NCBI GenBank assembly: GCA_051313645.2
Contig: JBNRSN020000018.1
Location: 28,954,001 to 29,018,000, forward strand
Length of the DNA: 64,000 bases
Reading direction: 5' to 3'
Source of the DNA: Centroscyllium fabricii
Lineage: Eukaryota
The notes beneath the pieces are model-generated. The model searched no databases and was not told the origin of the DNA. It saw only the letters and a list, made by a program, of their open reading frames with translations. A program made the translations under genes and the position numbers. This document shows, one piece after another, positions 24,100 through 36,369 of the stretch (positions are counted from its first letter, which is position 1; each line of letters starts with the position of its first letter).

Positions 24100-26425
24100 T
24101 AAACATAAACGCCACCGACCATTGGTCGGTGAGCAGGGTAAAACGCTTACCGGCCAGGTAATGACGCCAGTCGCGCACGGCCTCCACAATGGCCTGAGCC
24201 TCCTTTTCCACTGCAGAGTGGCGAGTCTTGGGTCCCTGTAGGGTGCGGGAGAAAAACGCTACGGGCCTGCCTGCCTGATTCAGGGTGGCAGCAAGGGCAA
24301 AGTCCGAAGCGTCGCTCTCCACCTGGAAGGGAATGGATTCATCAACAGCGAGCATGGTCGCCTTGACGATGTCTTCCTTTATCCTTGCAAAAGCCGTCTG
24401 GGCTTCTGCAGAAAGGGGGAAGGCGGCAGCCTTGAGAAGTGGTCTAGCCTTATCTGCGAACTGTGGGACCCATTGTGCATAATAGGAGAAAAATCCTTGG
24501 CATCTCCTCAAGGCTTTGGGGTTGTGAGGTAGGGGCAGTTCTTGCAGGGGTCGCATACGCTGTGGGTCGGGGCCGAGGAGCCCGTTCTCCACCACGTATC
24601 CGAGAATGGCGAGCCGGGTTGTATTAAAGACACATTTGTCTTTGTTATACGTAAGGTCCAGCTTGTCCGCCGTGGCGAGGATTTTGGCCAGATTGGCATC
24701 GTGGTCCTGCTGGTCGTGGCCGCAGATGGTCACGTTGTCCAGGTAAGGGAAGGTGGCCTGCAAGTCATTCTGGTCAACCATACGGTCCATCTCCCATTGG
24801 AACACGGACACTCCATTGGTCACGCCAAAGGGGACCCGGAGGAAGTGGTAGAGCCGACCGTTCGCCTCGAAGGCGGTGTAGGGGCGGTCGGCTTTCCAAA
24901 TCGGGAGCTGATGATACGCCGATTTAAGGTCGATCGTAGAGAACACCTTGTACTGGCCGATCTGATTGACCATGTCTGAGATGCGGGGAAGGGGGTAGGC
25001 GTCGAGCCCGGTGTAGCGGTTGATAGTCTGGCTGTAATCGATCACCAGCCGTTGTTTCTCGCCAGACTTCACCACCACAACTTGGGCGCGCCAGGGGCTG
25101 GTGCTGGCTTCAATTATTCCCTCCTTTAGCATCCGCCCGACCTCCGACCTGATAAACGTGCGATCCCCCTCACTGTACCGCCGACTCTTAGTGGAAATGG
25201 GCTTGCACTTGGGATCGAGGTTGGCGAACAGCGAGGGGGGGTCGATTTTCAGGGTGGAGAGGCCGCAGGCCGGGCTCCGCTTTGGGGGGGAATTGTCCCT
25301 GCTACTGACGGTGAGTGACGGTAAGGTCCCGCCGAACTCCACTGTCACACTCTGGAAGTGGCACTGGAAATCCAAACCTAGTAAGGCTGGGGCACACAAC
25401 TGTTGGAGGGTATACAATCTAAAATTACGGTACACGCGCCCCTTGATGGTGAGCGTGACGGAGCAGTAGCCGGTGATGTCCGCGGTGTGGGACTGTGAAG
25501 CTAGGGAGATTTGGTAGTTGGTGGGCAGGATCTGCAGTCCGCAGCGCCGCACTGTATCCGGGTGGATGAAACTCTCCGTGCTGCCTGTGTCGAAAAGACA
25601 GTCAACAGTATGGTTGTTAATCTTTATAGGTATTATTGAGTTAGACAGGGTATGAGGCCTGCCCTGGCTAACTCTGATTTTAGCTGCAGCAGCAGCCCCT
25701 GCTGGTCGGGGCTGTGCACAAGATGGCCTTGCCCCAAAACAAAATGGCGTCGTCCCTGCCCCGCACAGAGAGGGGCACTCGTGACAAAATGGTGTCGCCC
25801 CTGGCCCGCAGCTCGTGGAACCCCGTACATCTGATGACGTCGCCCCAAAACAAAATGGCGCCGTCCCTGCCCCGCGCAGGGAGGGGCCCTTGAAGCAAAA
25901 TGGCGCCACCCCTGGCCCGCAGCTCGCGGAACCCCGTACATCTGATGACGTCGCCCCAAAACAAAATGCCGCCGTCCCTGCCCCGCACAGGGAGGGGCCC
26001 TTGAAGCAAAATGGCGCCGCCCCTGGCCCGCAGCTCGCGGAACCCCGTACATCTGATGACGTCGCCCCTGCCCTGCACGTGGAGGAGCCCTTGGTATAGG
26101 GAGACATCGCCCCTGGCCCGCAGCTCGTGGAACCCCGTACATCTGATGACGTCACCCCAGCCCCGCACGTGGAGGAGCCCTTGGTATTAGGAGATGTCGC
26201 CCCTGGCCCGCAGCTCGAGGGACCCCGTGCATAAGATGGCGCCGTCCTTGGCCCGCATATGGAGGGGCTCTGTCTCTGGCGTGGAGCCTCTGAAGGGCCC
26301 TGTGAACGCGCTGGCGGCGCCCGTGATTCGCACGCAGCAGACCGCGGTGGTCGGGTTAGCGGTGCCCGTGATTCGCACGCAGCCGGCCGCGTTGGGGGGT
26401 CGCGCTTGGCCGGCCTTCTCTGCAT
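24100..26425 (-). CDS. Gypsy pol N-terminal part (repeat linker, protease, RT, RNase H), interrupted by the nested element
   Basis: CLFDTGSTESF protease; RLVIDYSQTIN, FSTIDLKSAYHQ, VPFGVTNG, PYLDNVTICG RT; ESDASDFALAA, EKEAQAIVEAV RNase H. Confidence 0.9.
25730..26255. repeat. In-frame tandem repeats (~66-120 bp) between gag and protease
   Basis: Repeated peptides GATSSDVRGSASCGPG and APFCFKGPSLCGAG; repeated CAAAATGGCG and GATGACGTC on +. Confidence 0.85.
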
Positions 26426-27330
26426 CAGGTAAGAAGGGGTGGGGGCGCTCGTTGTCTACCCCCGTACCGTCGCTGGATCGCGCTGCTAATGCATCTTACC
26501 TGGTTGGTGCTCTCACAGGCTGCACTGTTGTACCTTCTGCTAGGCGCTGGTGGAGATGCTGCTGGAGCTGACTTGCAGACCCTAGCGAAGTGCCCCTTCT
26601 TCGAGCATTTTTCACAGCTCGCTGTCCTGGCTGGACATTTCGCTCTAGGGTGCAGTCCTTGGCCGCAGAAGTAACAGTGCTTATTTTTAATGTCTTTAGT
26701 GACCGTCGCGGCCATCGTGGGGGCCTCGGCCCGTGGCGCCCAGGCCTGGGCCTGTTGTGGCGCGGCCCATATGTTGTAGGCTTGCGGGTTTGTGCCGCTG
26801 TACGCCTGTAACTTGCTACGGGCCCCCTCTACCGATTTGGCTAACTTGGTCGCCTCCTCGAGGGTCAAATTGTCTCTCTCAAGTAGCCGCTGATGGGCTT
26901 CTACACACCTCAGTCCTGTGACGTAAGCTTCCCGAATGAGGAGTTCTTCCTCCTCTGCAATAGTGGTACCTTTGCAGCCACAGGCCCGTACCAGGGCCAG
27001 GAGCGCTTGCTCAAACTCCTCGTTTGACTCACCCGGTAGCTGGGATCGGGTCGCCAGCACGTGTCGGGCGTAGACAGAGTGGACCGGGCATTCGTAGCAT
27101 TTCTTCAGGACTTCTACGGTTTTTTCGTAGGTTGGGGCGTTCATGACGAGGGTGAATACCCTGCTGGAGATCCTAGATCTCAGGACATGTAGCTTGTCCT
27201 TGTCCGAAGTAGCCTTGGCGGCTTCCGTGTAGGCCTCCAGTAGGCCGAACCAGTGTTTGAAGGTAGCGGGAGCAGCCGCGTCCTGGGGACTGATGTCCAG
27301 CTTCTCAGGCTTTACCGTGCTGCAATCCAT
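26425..27330 (-). CDS. Gypsy gag with two zinc knuckles
   Basis: KPEKLDISP...FKHW; YARHVLATRSQLPGES; CYFCGQGLHPRAKC and CEKCSKKGHFARVC. Confidence 0.9.
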   Translation of the reverse strand: MDCSTVKPEKLDISPQDAAAPATFKHWFGLLEAYTEAAKATSDKDKLHVLRSRISSRVFTLVMNAPTYEKTVEVLKKCYECPVHSVYARHVLATRSQLPGESNEEFEQALLALVRACGCKGTTIAEEEELLIREAYVTGLRCVEAHQRLLERDNLTLEEATKLAKSVEGARSKLQAYSGTNPQAYNIWAAPQQAQAWAPRAEAPTMAATVTKDIKNKHCYFCGQGLHPRAKCPARTASCEKCSKKGHFARVCKSAPAASPPAPSRRYNSAACESTNQVRCISSAIQRRYGGRQRAPPPLLT

Positions 27331-28019
27331 TTTAACTTTTAGCAATTAAAATTGATGTATCGTCGATGACTCCAATTAAAAGACGACAAGTAGATACCGA
27401 AACTAAAAGGCTTTTAATTGCTAAACAATGGAGCTACTCTCCAGATGAACAACTGTACAGAACTGGGTGGAGCCCCGGTCAGACCACACCTATATAGAGC
27501 CTCACAAGGGGAGGAGTCGGGGGTGTGGCTGACCTGGCTCCCAACAAGATTACAGTAAACAGGGCTGTGCCCAACATCTGCACAGCCCATAATTAGTCAT
27601 GGTAATACATTGGAATAACTGTGGAATACAGTGGAATAGAACGGTTACCACAGTGTGAAAATATTTCTTCTAAACTCCCTCTTGATGTCTCATGAACCAA
27701 TTCTAAAGTAATAAAGCCCATGAATCAGAAATAGTTTTCTATTGATAATAAAAACAGAAAATATATGTATGATAGGGGCTGGGGTTATGATCTGAAATTG
27801 TTGAACTCTATGTTGAGTCCAGAAGGCTGTAAAGTGCCTAATCGTTTTCTATTGTCCTGGCACTGCCAACCCTTATATGCATGAGTTGCACGTACAAAAT
27901 TAGTAAACACTGACAAAACGTCAGAGCACTACAAGGAAACAATGGATCATGTTGGTGCCCTTGTGAGGTCCACAGTGGCTTTCAAAGGTTGCTTTTTAAG
28001 TTCCGTACACCTTACAGAC

Positions 28020-28289
28020 TGTGGTAACCGTATTACCAGTGTATATAGTAACCGTATTACCAGTGTATATATATGGATGTGCTCACCTTTGACACTGTAC
28101 ATTGTATGCAAGGCCAGGTCAGCCACACCTCTAACTCCTCCCCTCAGGTGGGAGCATATAGGTGAGGGCTGCCCTGCCCCCCGCTCATTCTTGCCTTGAA
28201 CTCGACAGGAGACTAGCTCCATTGTAAGTGAATAAAAGCCTGTAGTTTGGGTAACTACTCGTCTTTCGTGTTTGATTGACGATACGTCA
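28020..28289 (+). mobile_element. Solo LTR related to the 18615-27652 Gypsy LTR; TSD CAGAC
   Basis: TGTGGTAACCG...GACGATACGTCA; CAGAC at 28015-28019 and 28290-28294; shares CCAGGTCAGCCACACC and TAGCTCCATTG; AATAAA at ~28231. Confidence 0.9.
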
Positions 28290-28353
28290 CAGACCAACTG
28301 CTTCCAAAGAGTGGTGCATTTAGCTGAACGTATGCCAAGTGCCCACTTATTAT

Positions 28354-29106
28354 GGGCCAGAAATTTGGGTTGGAGGCTTCCCGCGAGTGCAAGCCTCCAA
28401 CCCACACTTACGGAGCGCGCCTGCCATTCTGGATTCCACCATCCTGAAATCCCGATCCAGGAGCCTGCTGAGAGGGCCCCGCGCCGCGCTGGTGCATCTT
28501 AACGTCGGAGTTAGTGCGAAGCTTCCCGCGGGATCACGTGGTCCGCGGGGAGCCAATCGGAGCAAACAATGCTCCATTCATAAGTTTGACAGAAAGACCT
28601 GTCAAACTTATGATTTACTACAGCCGCAAAATCACACTAAACCTTAAAATAAATTTTTAAACAATCACATTTTTTTAAATAACTATACATGACACAATAA
28701 AGCTATTTTAAACAAAAATAAAAAAGTTTGAAAAAATAATTAAAGTCGTTAACGGGGCTACAAATCAACTTACCTGTCTTTAAAGTTTTTAAAAATGAAA
28801 AACCTGTGGAAAAAAATGTTTAAATTAAACTTACCTGATGAAAAGGGATCTTTACGGATGAAAATATCAGCCGTAACTTTCCCGATACTTACCCTGATAA
28901 AAAATGGAGAAAAAAATCGGAAGTGCATTGCGCGCACCGCCCTGCCGCGCACGCAATGCGCTCCGGCTCCTGACCCCTTCTTTCAGGGGATCGGAATTGC
29001 CGGTTTCGCGCGCATGCGCGGTGCATACCGAAAACCGGCAATTCCAATGGCCCGACGCGTGAGTACACCGTCCGTATTGACACGTTGCGGGCTGAATTTC
29101 TGGGCC
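28354..29106. mobile_element. Harbinger-type MITE
   Basis: TIRs GGGCCAGAAATT / AATTTCTGGGCC; GC-rich subterminal regions and AT-rich core; TSD imperfect. Confidence 0.65.
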
Positions 29107-29214
29107 ATTGTAAACAGCGGAGGAATTCTTAGAGTGCCGTCAAACTCATTGAATACTGGCTCAGCTGAAGTATTTTTAAAAAGGAAAAAGATTTCTGATT
29201 CAAAAATGAAGACT

Positions 29215-29505
29215 TGGCAGGTCATCACAAAGCGCTTTACAGCCAACGAAGCACTTTGTGAAGTGTAGCCACTGTTGTAATGTAGGAAACGCGGCAGCCA
29301 ATTTGTGCACAGCAAGCTCCCACAAACAACATTGTGATAATTCTGTTTTATTAACGAGGTTGATTGAGGGATAAATATTGGCCCAGGACACCAAGGAGAA
29401 ATCCCCCGCTCTTCTCCAAAATAGTGTCATGGCATCTTTTACGTTCACCTGAGAGAGCAGGCGGGGCCTCGGTTTTGCCTTTCATTCAAAAGACACTGCA
29501 GCATT
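29215..29505 (-). mobile_element. Deu-domain SINE (SacSINE1-like) fragment
   Basis: Reverse complement of the AAACCGAGGCCCCG...CTCTCAGGTG...ATGACACTATTTTG core; homologous to 53662-54016. Confidence 0.7.
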
Positions 29506-29535
29506 CAAGAGGGACTTAAAGGTGTCAGTGCAGAT

Positions 29536-29850
29536 AGACATAGAAACATAGAAACATAGAAGATAGGAGCAGGAGTAGGCCATTCGGCCCTTCGAGCCTG
29601 CTCCGCCATTCAATGAGATCATGGCTGATCATCCAAACCCAGCACCCTGTCCCTGCCCTGTCCCCATATCCCTTTCGAACCTCCACGGCCAATCAACCTA
29701 ACCTGCACATCTTTGGACTGTGGGAGGAAACCGGAGCACCCGGAGGAAACCCACGCAGACACGGGGAGAATGTGCAAACTGCACACAGATAGTCACCTGA
29801 GGCTGGATTTGAACCCGGGTCTCCAGTGCTGTGAGGCAACAGTGCTAACA
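29536..29850 (-). mobile_element. HE1-like tRNA-derived V-SINE with CR1-type tail
   Basis: B-box GGTTCAAATCC on -; V-domain GGGTTTCCTCCGGGTGCTCCGGTTTCCTCCCACAGTCCAAAGATGTGC; (TTTCTATG)n tail. Confidence 0.85.
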
Positions 29851-31015
29851 TGGAAATGGTTTACCTGTGTCATGAACGAGGAGATGTGACATGATTTCCT
29901 TGTTCCTATCTTCTGGTGTCTTTCCATTTGTTAAAAGTAACTGCTGGCCTTGTAGCTACAATTATTTTGTATACTTTCAGTTGGTCACTTTGTATCATTA
30001 TACTGTATTTCCCTTCAAGAAGAAATAAAAGTGTATGCATTTTCCGTGTACCATTCCATGTAGGTGTACATTGTTAATGTTATAGCGCCAGGAAACTTAG
30101 GTCGTACTCAACGCTAGTTGCAATTAGTTATAAATATATTTTTGCAAATCTCACCAAGGTGAGAGATGCTGTTGCTGGTCAATCACTTGACTTCAGGTAC
30201 CTACTGTCAGTATCGAGCAGTCCACATTCAGGTAGAACACAGCTTAAATACAGTTCTCGGCACTCTGCCCCAACACCAGAAAGGCATCTCAAACTGCACC
30301 AATATGACTCTTCCATTTCCTCACACAAGTCAGCCTTAGGAGCATGATTGACAAAGAATACCAGGTTAGGAACAGTCATGTGCTGGTGCTCATGGCCACT
30401 GGAAAGTGGGCTGATTCCGTTCAAACTCATTTTAATCGGACGCTTGCTCAGAGACACTTAATCAGAGAGAAGGGACACCCATTGGGCAGGATTTTCATTG
30501 GACTGTGGATGTGGGATTGGAGGCGTGTGGAGGATTAAAATTGCAAAATATGGCGGGCGGGCCCAACCCCGCCTCCATCCTGCCTCCAAACAATTTTTAA
30601 TAATTTGTGTCTCATGGTCCTGTCTCCATCCCACCTCCAAGAGGCGGGATAGGCCGTTAAGGCCCTTAACAAGCACTAAATTGCCTCTGTAATACCATTT
30701 TCAATGGTCTTTGCTACTTTAACGCTTTTCCCACGTGAAACACGCCTGTTCTAAAACACGACGGTGAAACTTGGCGGGACCACAATTGGATTGCTGACTA
30801 TCAGCTGCAGCTCAACCATTGAAGAGGAGATTTGATCAGTCATTATTTGCAGGTGGCAGGAATTTGTGGTCTCAGATTTGGGGGAATTTTTAGAAGGCAT
30901 AACCACAGCTGTGGAAGTTTGAAGCCTGACACCCATCTCCAGTGTGGCCTCCTGGGAAACCCATCTCACCACCTTCACTGAGCACTTCTTCAACTGAGGT
31001 ATATACCAGAAGCTT

Positions 31016-32236
31016 GGGAGCCATTTATTTCCTTCCCTTCTGGACATTAGATGAGGACGAAGACCAGCCGCGGCACCAGCAGAACCATGAACAACAGCAG
31101 CACCAACAGGAGCGCTAGGCTGCTGCTCACCCACTGGAGGCAGCACAGGCCAGAAGGCGCCAGCCCATGGAATGCCGTCGCCGCAGGAGATATCCCCCAT
31201 ACAGGGTCTACAGGCACAGGGTCAGCTACCTCAACATGTCTGAGCAGCAGTGCCAAAGGCGGCTCTGACTTTCTCGAGAGGTAGTGGGTGACATCGGCAC
31301 AATGCTGCAACAAGACCTGCAAGCCAGAGGGCCAGGAGGACACCCCTTACCAGTGGCCGTCAAAGTCATCACCGGACTCAACATTTTGCCTCAGGTTCAT
31401 TCCAGGGATCAGCAGCAGACATCAGCGGCATCTCCCAGCCGGCCACACACATTTGCATCATGCAGGTAACCGATGCCCTCTTTGACATCGCGCACAATCA
31501 CATCCATTTCACCAAGGATCAAGCAAGTGTCACGGCGCCTGCGGTTGGATTAGCTAATCTGGCAGGCTTTCCACGGGTGCAGGGCGTCGTTGACTGCACA
31601 CATGTGGCCCTTAAGGCACTCCATCATAATCCAGGTATTTTTGTCAACCACAAGGGCTTCCACTCCCTTAACGTTCAGCTGGTGTGAGATCACAAGAAGG
31701 AAATTTTGCATATTTGTGCCAAGTACCCTGGCAGTTGCCATGACTCCTTCATACTGCGCCAGTCTAGTGTGCCTCCGCTATTCAATCCGCCAGACCAACT
31801 TAACGGATGGCTGCTTGGCGATAAGGGCAATCCCCTGAAGACGTGGCTAATGAGGCCGTTGAGGAGCCTATCTAACAAAGCTCAGGAGCGCTACAACTCC
31901 AGCCACATGTCCACCAGATTCATTATCGAGCAAACCATCGGTTTTCTGAAGCACTTCAGATGCCTAGATAGATCAGGTGGTGCCCTGCAGTACTCAGCAG
32001 CCAGGGTCTCCAGAATCATCGTGGTTTGCTGTGCACTTCACAACATGGCACAGCGTCGTGGCTTGCAGATTCCTGAGGACCAAGTGACTCCTCACATATC
32101 CTCCTCAGATGAGGAGGAGGAGAAGGAGAGTGAAAACGAACATCTTGCAAAGGCCCATCAACCAGCGGCAGCAGTACACGAGAACATTGCTGGCCGGGAT
32201 GCAAGTTATGCACTCATCTTGGCCAGATTTGCTTAG
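31016..32236 (+). pseudogene. Harbinger (HARBI1-like) transposase, disrupted
   Basis: [66 protein letters not shown]. Confidence 0.88.
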
Positions 32237-32493
32237 CCTAGCCAATCAATCACTTTTGCTTCACAGCTTCTTACCTGAGCATCGACAATGGCCACGAACC
32301 AGCCGATTCTGAGCAATTTGACCAACATGCTGACAATTGCAAGTAATCCTAAACTCTCAATGTGAAAGTCCCATTCGCGAAATGGCACACTCCACAACTA
32401 CAGCAGCAGCCATCAGATTTTTTATTTACATTATTCATCTGATGGCTTTTTCACAGAAAATATCAAATTTCACCCAAGTGACTACCCTTGTGA

Positions 32494-34471
32494 CTATTTG
32501 TGCAATATCTTTCTCTTACGCGTGCTCCTGCATGGTGTTTCCCCTGCAGCTTCAACAGATGTGGCGGCCCCTTGCTCACTTTCCTGCTTCTCCTGTCTCA
32601 ACACCTTTGGCAGGTGTCCTCTGGGGTTGCAAGCCTGTGAGGGCTCGTCAACAGTCTGCTGCTCCTGTGGCTGTGCAGGGGTTGAGACGTCAATCACAGT
32701 TGGGTGTGGACTCTGGTGGGGCTCTGAGCGAGGGCTCTGCAGTGGCTTGGAAGTGTGAGTGCTTGGAGAGGAGCTTCCACTTCCTTGATGTCTGCCACCA
32801 ACTTCCCTCTCATGCGTCAGGGCCCCCTCAGAGCTTGCAAGTGGCTTGAGAGCACCTTACTGCACATCAGGGGGGCCATGGGGACACATATCTGCACTGG
32901 TAGTCCTACTCAGAAGGACTTCCATGAAGGTCTGGTTTCTCTGTTCAATAGATGCCCATCGCTCCTCCAGAGATGTCATTCTATTCTGAACACTCACCAT
33001 GTTTTCTGCACTCTGGTGACTTATCACCTCAATGGCTGCAGCCATCCTCTTATCTACTATAGCCATCCATTCGACGGAGGTTGCCATCATTTCCACAGAG
33101 GTTGCCATCTTTTCCATGGTGGTGCATTCATGCACCAATGACTCCACAAAGGCTCTGCTCATGTTTACTATGGACTCCTCCATTCGCTCCACACTCACAG
33201 CGACCCTGGAAACAAAACCTGCCAGAGACTCCTGTATCTGTTCCTGGAATTCCAGCACCGCTGATCTTATGGATGGACCCAGAGGCAGAGGGTCGACATG
33301 CAGCTGATCTGAGCTGGCAGATTCCTGCACCCTCTGACTAGGACTCTCCAATGCTGTCCCTGTCTCCACAATCTGCTGATGCTCACTTGTGAGCTGTGAT
33401 ACACCAGGTGACAACACTACTCTATGGCCCGAAGGACCCACCAAGGTGTGCATGTCTGCGCTGGTGCTGGGTGCGCTGAATTGTGCTGATGCCGCGCCCT
33501 CAGAGGTTGCAGCTTCCTCTGAGGAGTCTGGAGGCTCAGCCTGTTCCTCCTGGCTAGTGGGGACGGGTGCTTGCGATTGTTCTGTGGGGGAGTAAAGGAA
33601 AGAGTCAGAGATGTGATGCCAAGGTTACATGCACATTGCATATTGCAGATGATCATAAGTCCATCTGGTAGAGCTTCAGAGTAATTATGAGTGACTCATG
33701 CAATGTCAGTAAGAGAGATGGAAAACTATTCTGTCACCAGCTTGCTGTGATGCACCCATCTGTCCATCCCCCACTTGCACATTTTCCTCCACTCCTATGA
33801 TCTCCAGGACCGCCTCCTCCCAGGTGGGCTACTGAGGGTGGCCCTCCTCCTGTCCTCGCTCTTTCCCTCTTTTGTGAGCTCTATTTTCCTGCAACAAGGG
33901 AGACAAGTGGCGGTTGAGTGGGAATGAAGGAGTGAGTGTAGAGATTCCACAGCATAGATACTTAGAAGGAGACAAAGATGGAGTGAGGTGGCAAGACCAA
34001 GGACCCTCCCTGGGTGTTGTCAGTTGTTTTCATAGCATCAGAGTGATAGGGAGTGTGAGGGCTGCATAGTGGAATAGTTAGGTGAATGTGACCATAGAGA
34101 GAGAGGGAATGGGTAAGGGTGCATGGATGTCAGTGTCAAGTGAGATGTGGAGGAAGAGATTGCTAAAGCTGATTGCTGGTAAGGAAAGTCAACGGGGATC
34201 AGATTGAGGGTGATGGGAAATTCATACTCACTTTTCCAGTGCGCAGAAGGTCATGAAATCTCTTCCTGCACTGAATCCAGGTTCTGCGGGTTACTGATAA
34301 GGAGTTGACCTCCTCTGCCACTTGCAGCCACACAGCCTTGGTCTGCTGGGGATGCTTCTTCCTCCCTGAAGAAGGGAAGAGCATCTCTTTATGAGCTCTT
34401 GCTCCCTCAACTAAAGCTTGCAGGGCAACGTCGTCAAATCTTGGAGCAGACTGAGGTCTTTCACTGGCCAT
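32494..34471 (-). pseudogene. Harbinger Myb/SANT protein gene, 3 exons (~34471-34232, 33888-33738, from 33581 downward)
   Basis: MASERPQSAPRFDDVALQALVEG...WLQVAEEVNSLSVTRRTWIQCRKRFHDL; GTGAGT donor; same layout as the element at 850-5202. Confidence 0.8.
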
Positions 34472-34819
34472 TCTCCCTCCAGATCCCTGTAGCAGCAAAG
34501 GCCAAAAGGTTGGGAGTCTGCAGAAGAAGCAAGGCTTGTTGCAGACCTTAAATGCAGCAGTAATGATGATGTCATCGGAGGCGACTTTCAGACTGGAAAA
34601 ACTTTTTGTCATGGGTTCCCACATGCTGGAACGCAATTGGCCAATTAAGTTAAATTCACATCAATCTCCCACATCGATTTAGATTCGTGTGGATAAATGT
34701 GGATTACACGACCCCAGCCCGCCCCTGAATTAAAACCCAGCCCATCATGTCAATCAGGGTGGGGTTTAACCCAAGGTTCCATTGCACCACCCAGTCCCGT
34801 GTTATTTATAGATTTAATA

Positions 34820-36320
34820 GAAACATAGAAGATAGGAGCAGGAATAGGCCATTCGGCCCCTCGAGCCTGTTCCGCCATTTAATAAGCTCATGGCCGATCA
34901 TCCAAATTCAGTACCCTGTCCCTGCTTTCTCCCCATATCTCTTGATGCCTTTAGCCTTAAGACCTATATCTAACTCCTTCTTGAATATATTTAATGAATT
35001 GGCCTCAACTGCCTTCTGTAGTAGAGAATTCCACAGGTTCACCACTCTCTGGGTGAAGAAATTCCTCCTCTTCTCAGTCCTAAATGGCTTACCACTTATC
35101 CGTAGACTGTGACCCCTGGTTCTGGACTCCCCCGCCATCGGGAACATCCTACATCTAGTCTGTCTAGTCCTGTTAGAATTTTATAGGTTTCAATGAGATC
35201 CCCTCTCATTCTTCTAAATTCTAGCGAATATAAGCCTAATCGACCTAATCTCTCTTCATGCGTCATTCCTGCCATCCCAGGTATCAGTCTGGTGAATCTC
35301 CGCTGCATTCCCTCCATGGTAAGAACATCCTTCCTCAGATAAGGCTACTAAAATTGCACACAATACTCGAGGTGTGGTATCACCAAGGCCCTGTACAACT
35401 GCAGCAAGACATCCTTGCTCCTGTACTCGAATCCTCTTGCTCTGAAGGCCAACATACCATTTGCCTTCTTTACCGTCTGCTGCACCTGCATGCTTACCTT
35501 CAGCAACTGGTGCACAAGGACACCCAGGTCTCGTTACACTTCCCCTTCTCCCAATCTATTGCCGTTCAGATAATAAGCTGTCTTCCTGTTTTTGCCACTA
35601 ATGTGGATAACCTCGCATTTATCCACATTTCCTGCATCTGCCATCCATCTGCCCAATCACCCAACCTGTCCAAATCATACTGGAGTTTCTCTGCATCCTC
35701 CTCACAGCACACACGCCCACCCAGCTTTGTGTCATCTGCAAATGTGGAGATACTACATCTAGCTCCCTCGTCTAGATCATTAATATATATTGTGAATAAC
35801 TGGGGTCCATAGAAACATAGAAACATAGAAACTAGAAGCAGGAGTAGGCCATTCGGCCCTTCGAGCCTGCTCCGCCATTCAATGAGATCATGGCTGATCA
35901 TCCAAACCCAGCACCCTGTCCCTGCCTTGTCCCCATATCCCTCGATCCCTATCAAGCCTGCACCGACACATATCCCACCCTATCCCCGCAACCCCACATA
36001 TTCAAACCCCCTAACACTAAGGGTCAATTTATCCTGGCCAATCAACATAACCCGCACATCTTTGGACTGTGGGAGGAAACCGGAGCACCCGGAGGAAACC
36101 CACGCAGACACGGGGAGAATGTGCAAACTCCACACAGATAGTACCCGAGGCTGGATTTGAACCTGGGTCTCCAGTGCTGTGAGGCAACAGTGCTAACCAC
36201 TGTGCCACCATGCCGCCCAGTCCCTGCGGTACACCACTAGTCAATGCCTACCACTTGGAAAAAGATCTGTTTATTCCAACTCATTGCTTCCTGTCTGCCA
36301 ACCAGTTCTCTATCCAAGTA
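34820..36320 (-). mobile_element. CR1 LINE fragment interrupted by an HE1-like SINE
   Basis: FADDTKLGG, RRMRGDLIETYK, FFTQRVVNLWN motifs; tail at ~34817-34830. Confidence 0.88.
35808..36215 (-). mobile_element. Full-length HE1-like V-SINE
   Basis: tRNA head GGCGGCATGGTGGCACAGTGGTTAGCAC...GGTTCAAATCC; V-domain; CR1-like tail. Confidence 0.9.
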
Positions 36321-36369
36321 TCTATAGTAAACCTATTCTGGAGGGACTACAATATGTTTTCAAATAAAT

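Larger units (their letters stand above)
18615..27652 (-). mobile_element. Full-length Gypsy LTR retrotransposon; 300-bp LTRs 18615-18914 and 27353-27652; TSD GTGTG; inserted in an old CR1 fragment
   Basis: TG...CA LTRs differing at about 2 positions by eye; TSD at 18610-18614 and 27653-27657; PPT (AAGAAGGGGTGAA on -) at 18915-18927; CR1 remnant on both flanks (~18430-18614, ~27653-27745). Confidence 0.95.
30484..34743 (+). mobile_element. Complete but decayed PIF/Harbinger transposon
   Basis: Imperfect TIRs GGGCAGGATTTT / AAAACCCAGCCC; flanks ATT / ATC; contains transposase and convergent Myb gene. Confidence 0.8.

Noticed and set aside
26423-26427. TGATG stop-start overlap between gag and pol, suggesting termination-reinitiation
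   Set aside because: AACES repeats occur on both sides in different frames, so a frameshift mutation in a single gag-pol ORF is equally likely; sibling copies are needed.
36140-36215. tRNA-like sequences (also ~37010-37073, 45640-45709, 53662-53730)
   Set aside because: These are SINE heads followed by V or Deu domains, not tRNA genes.
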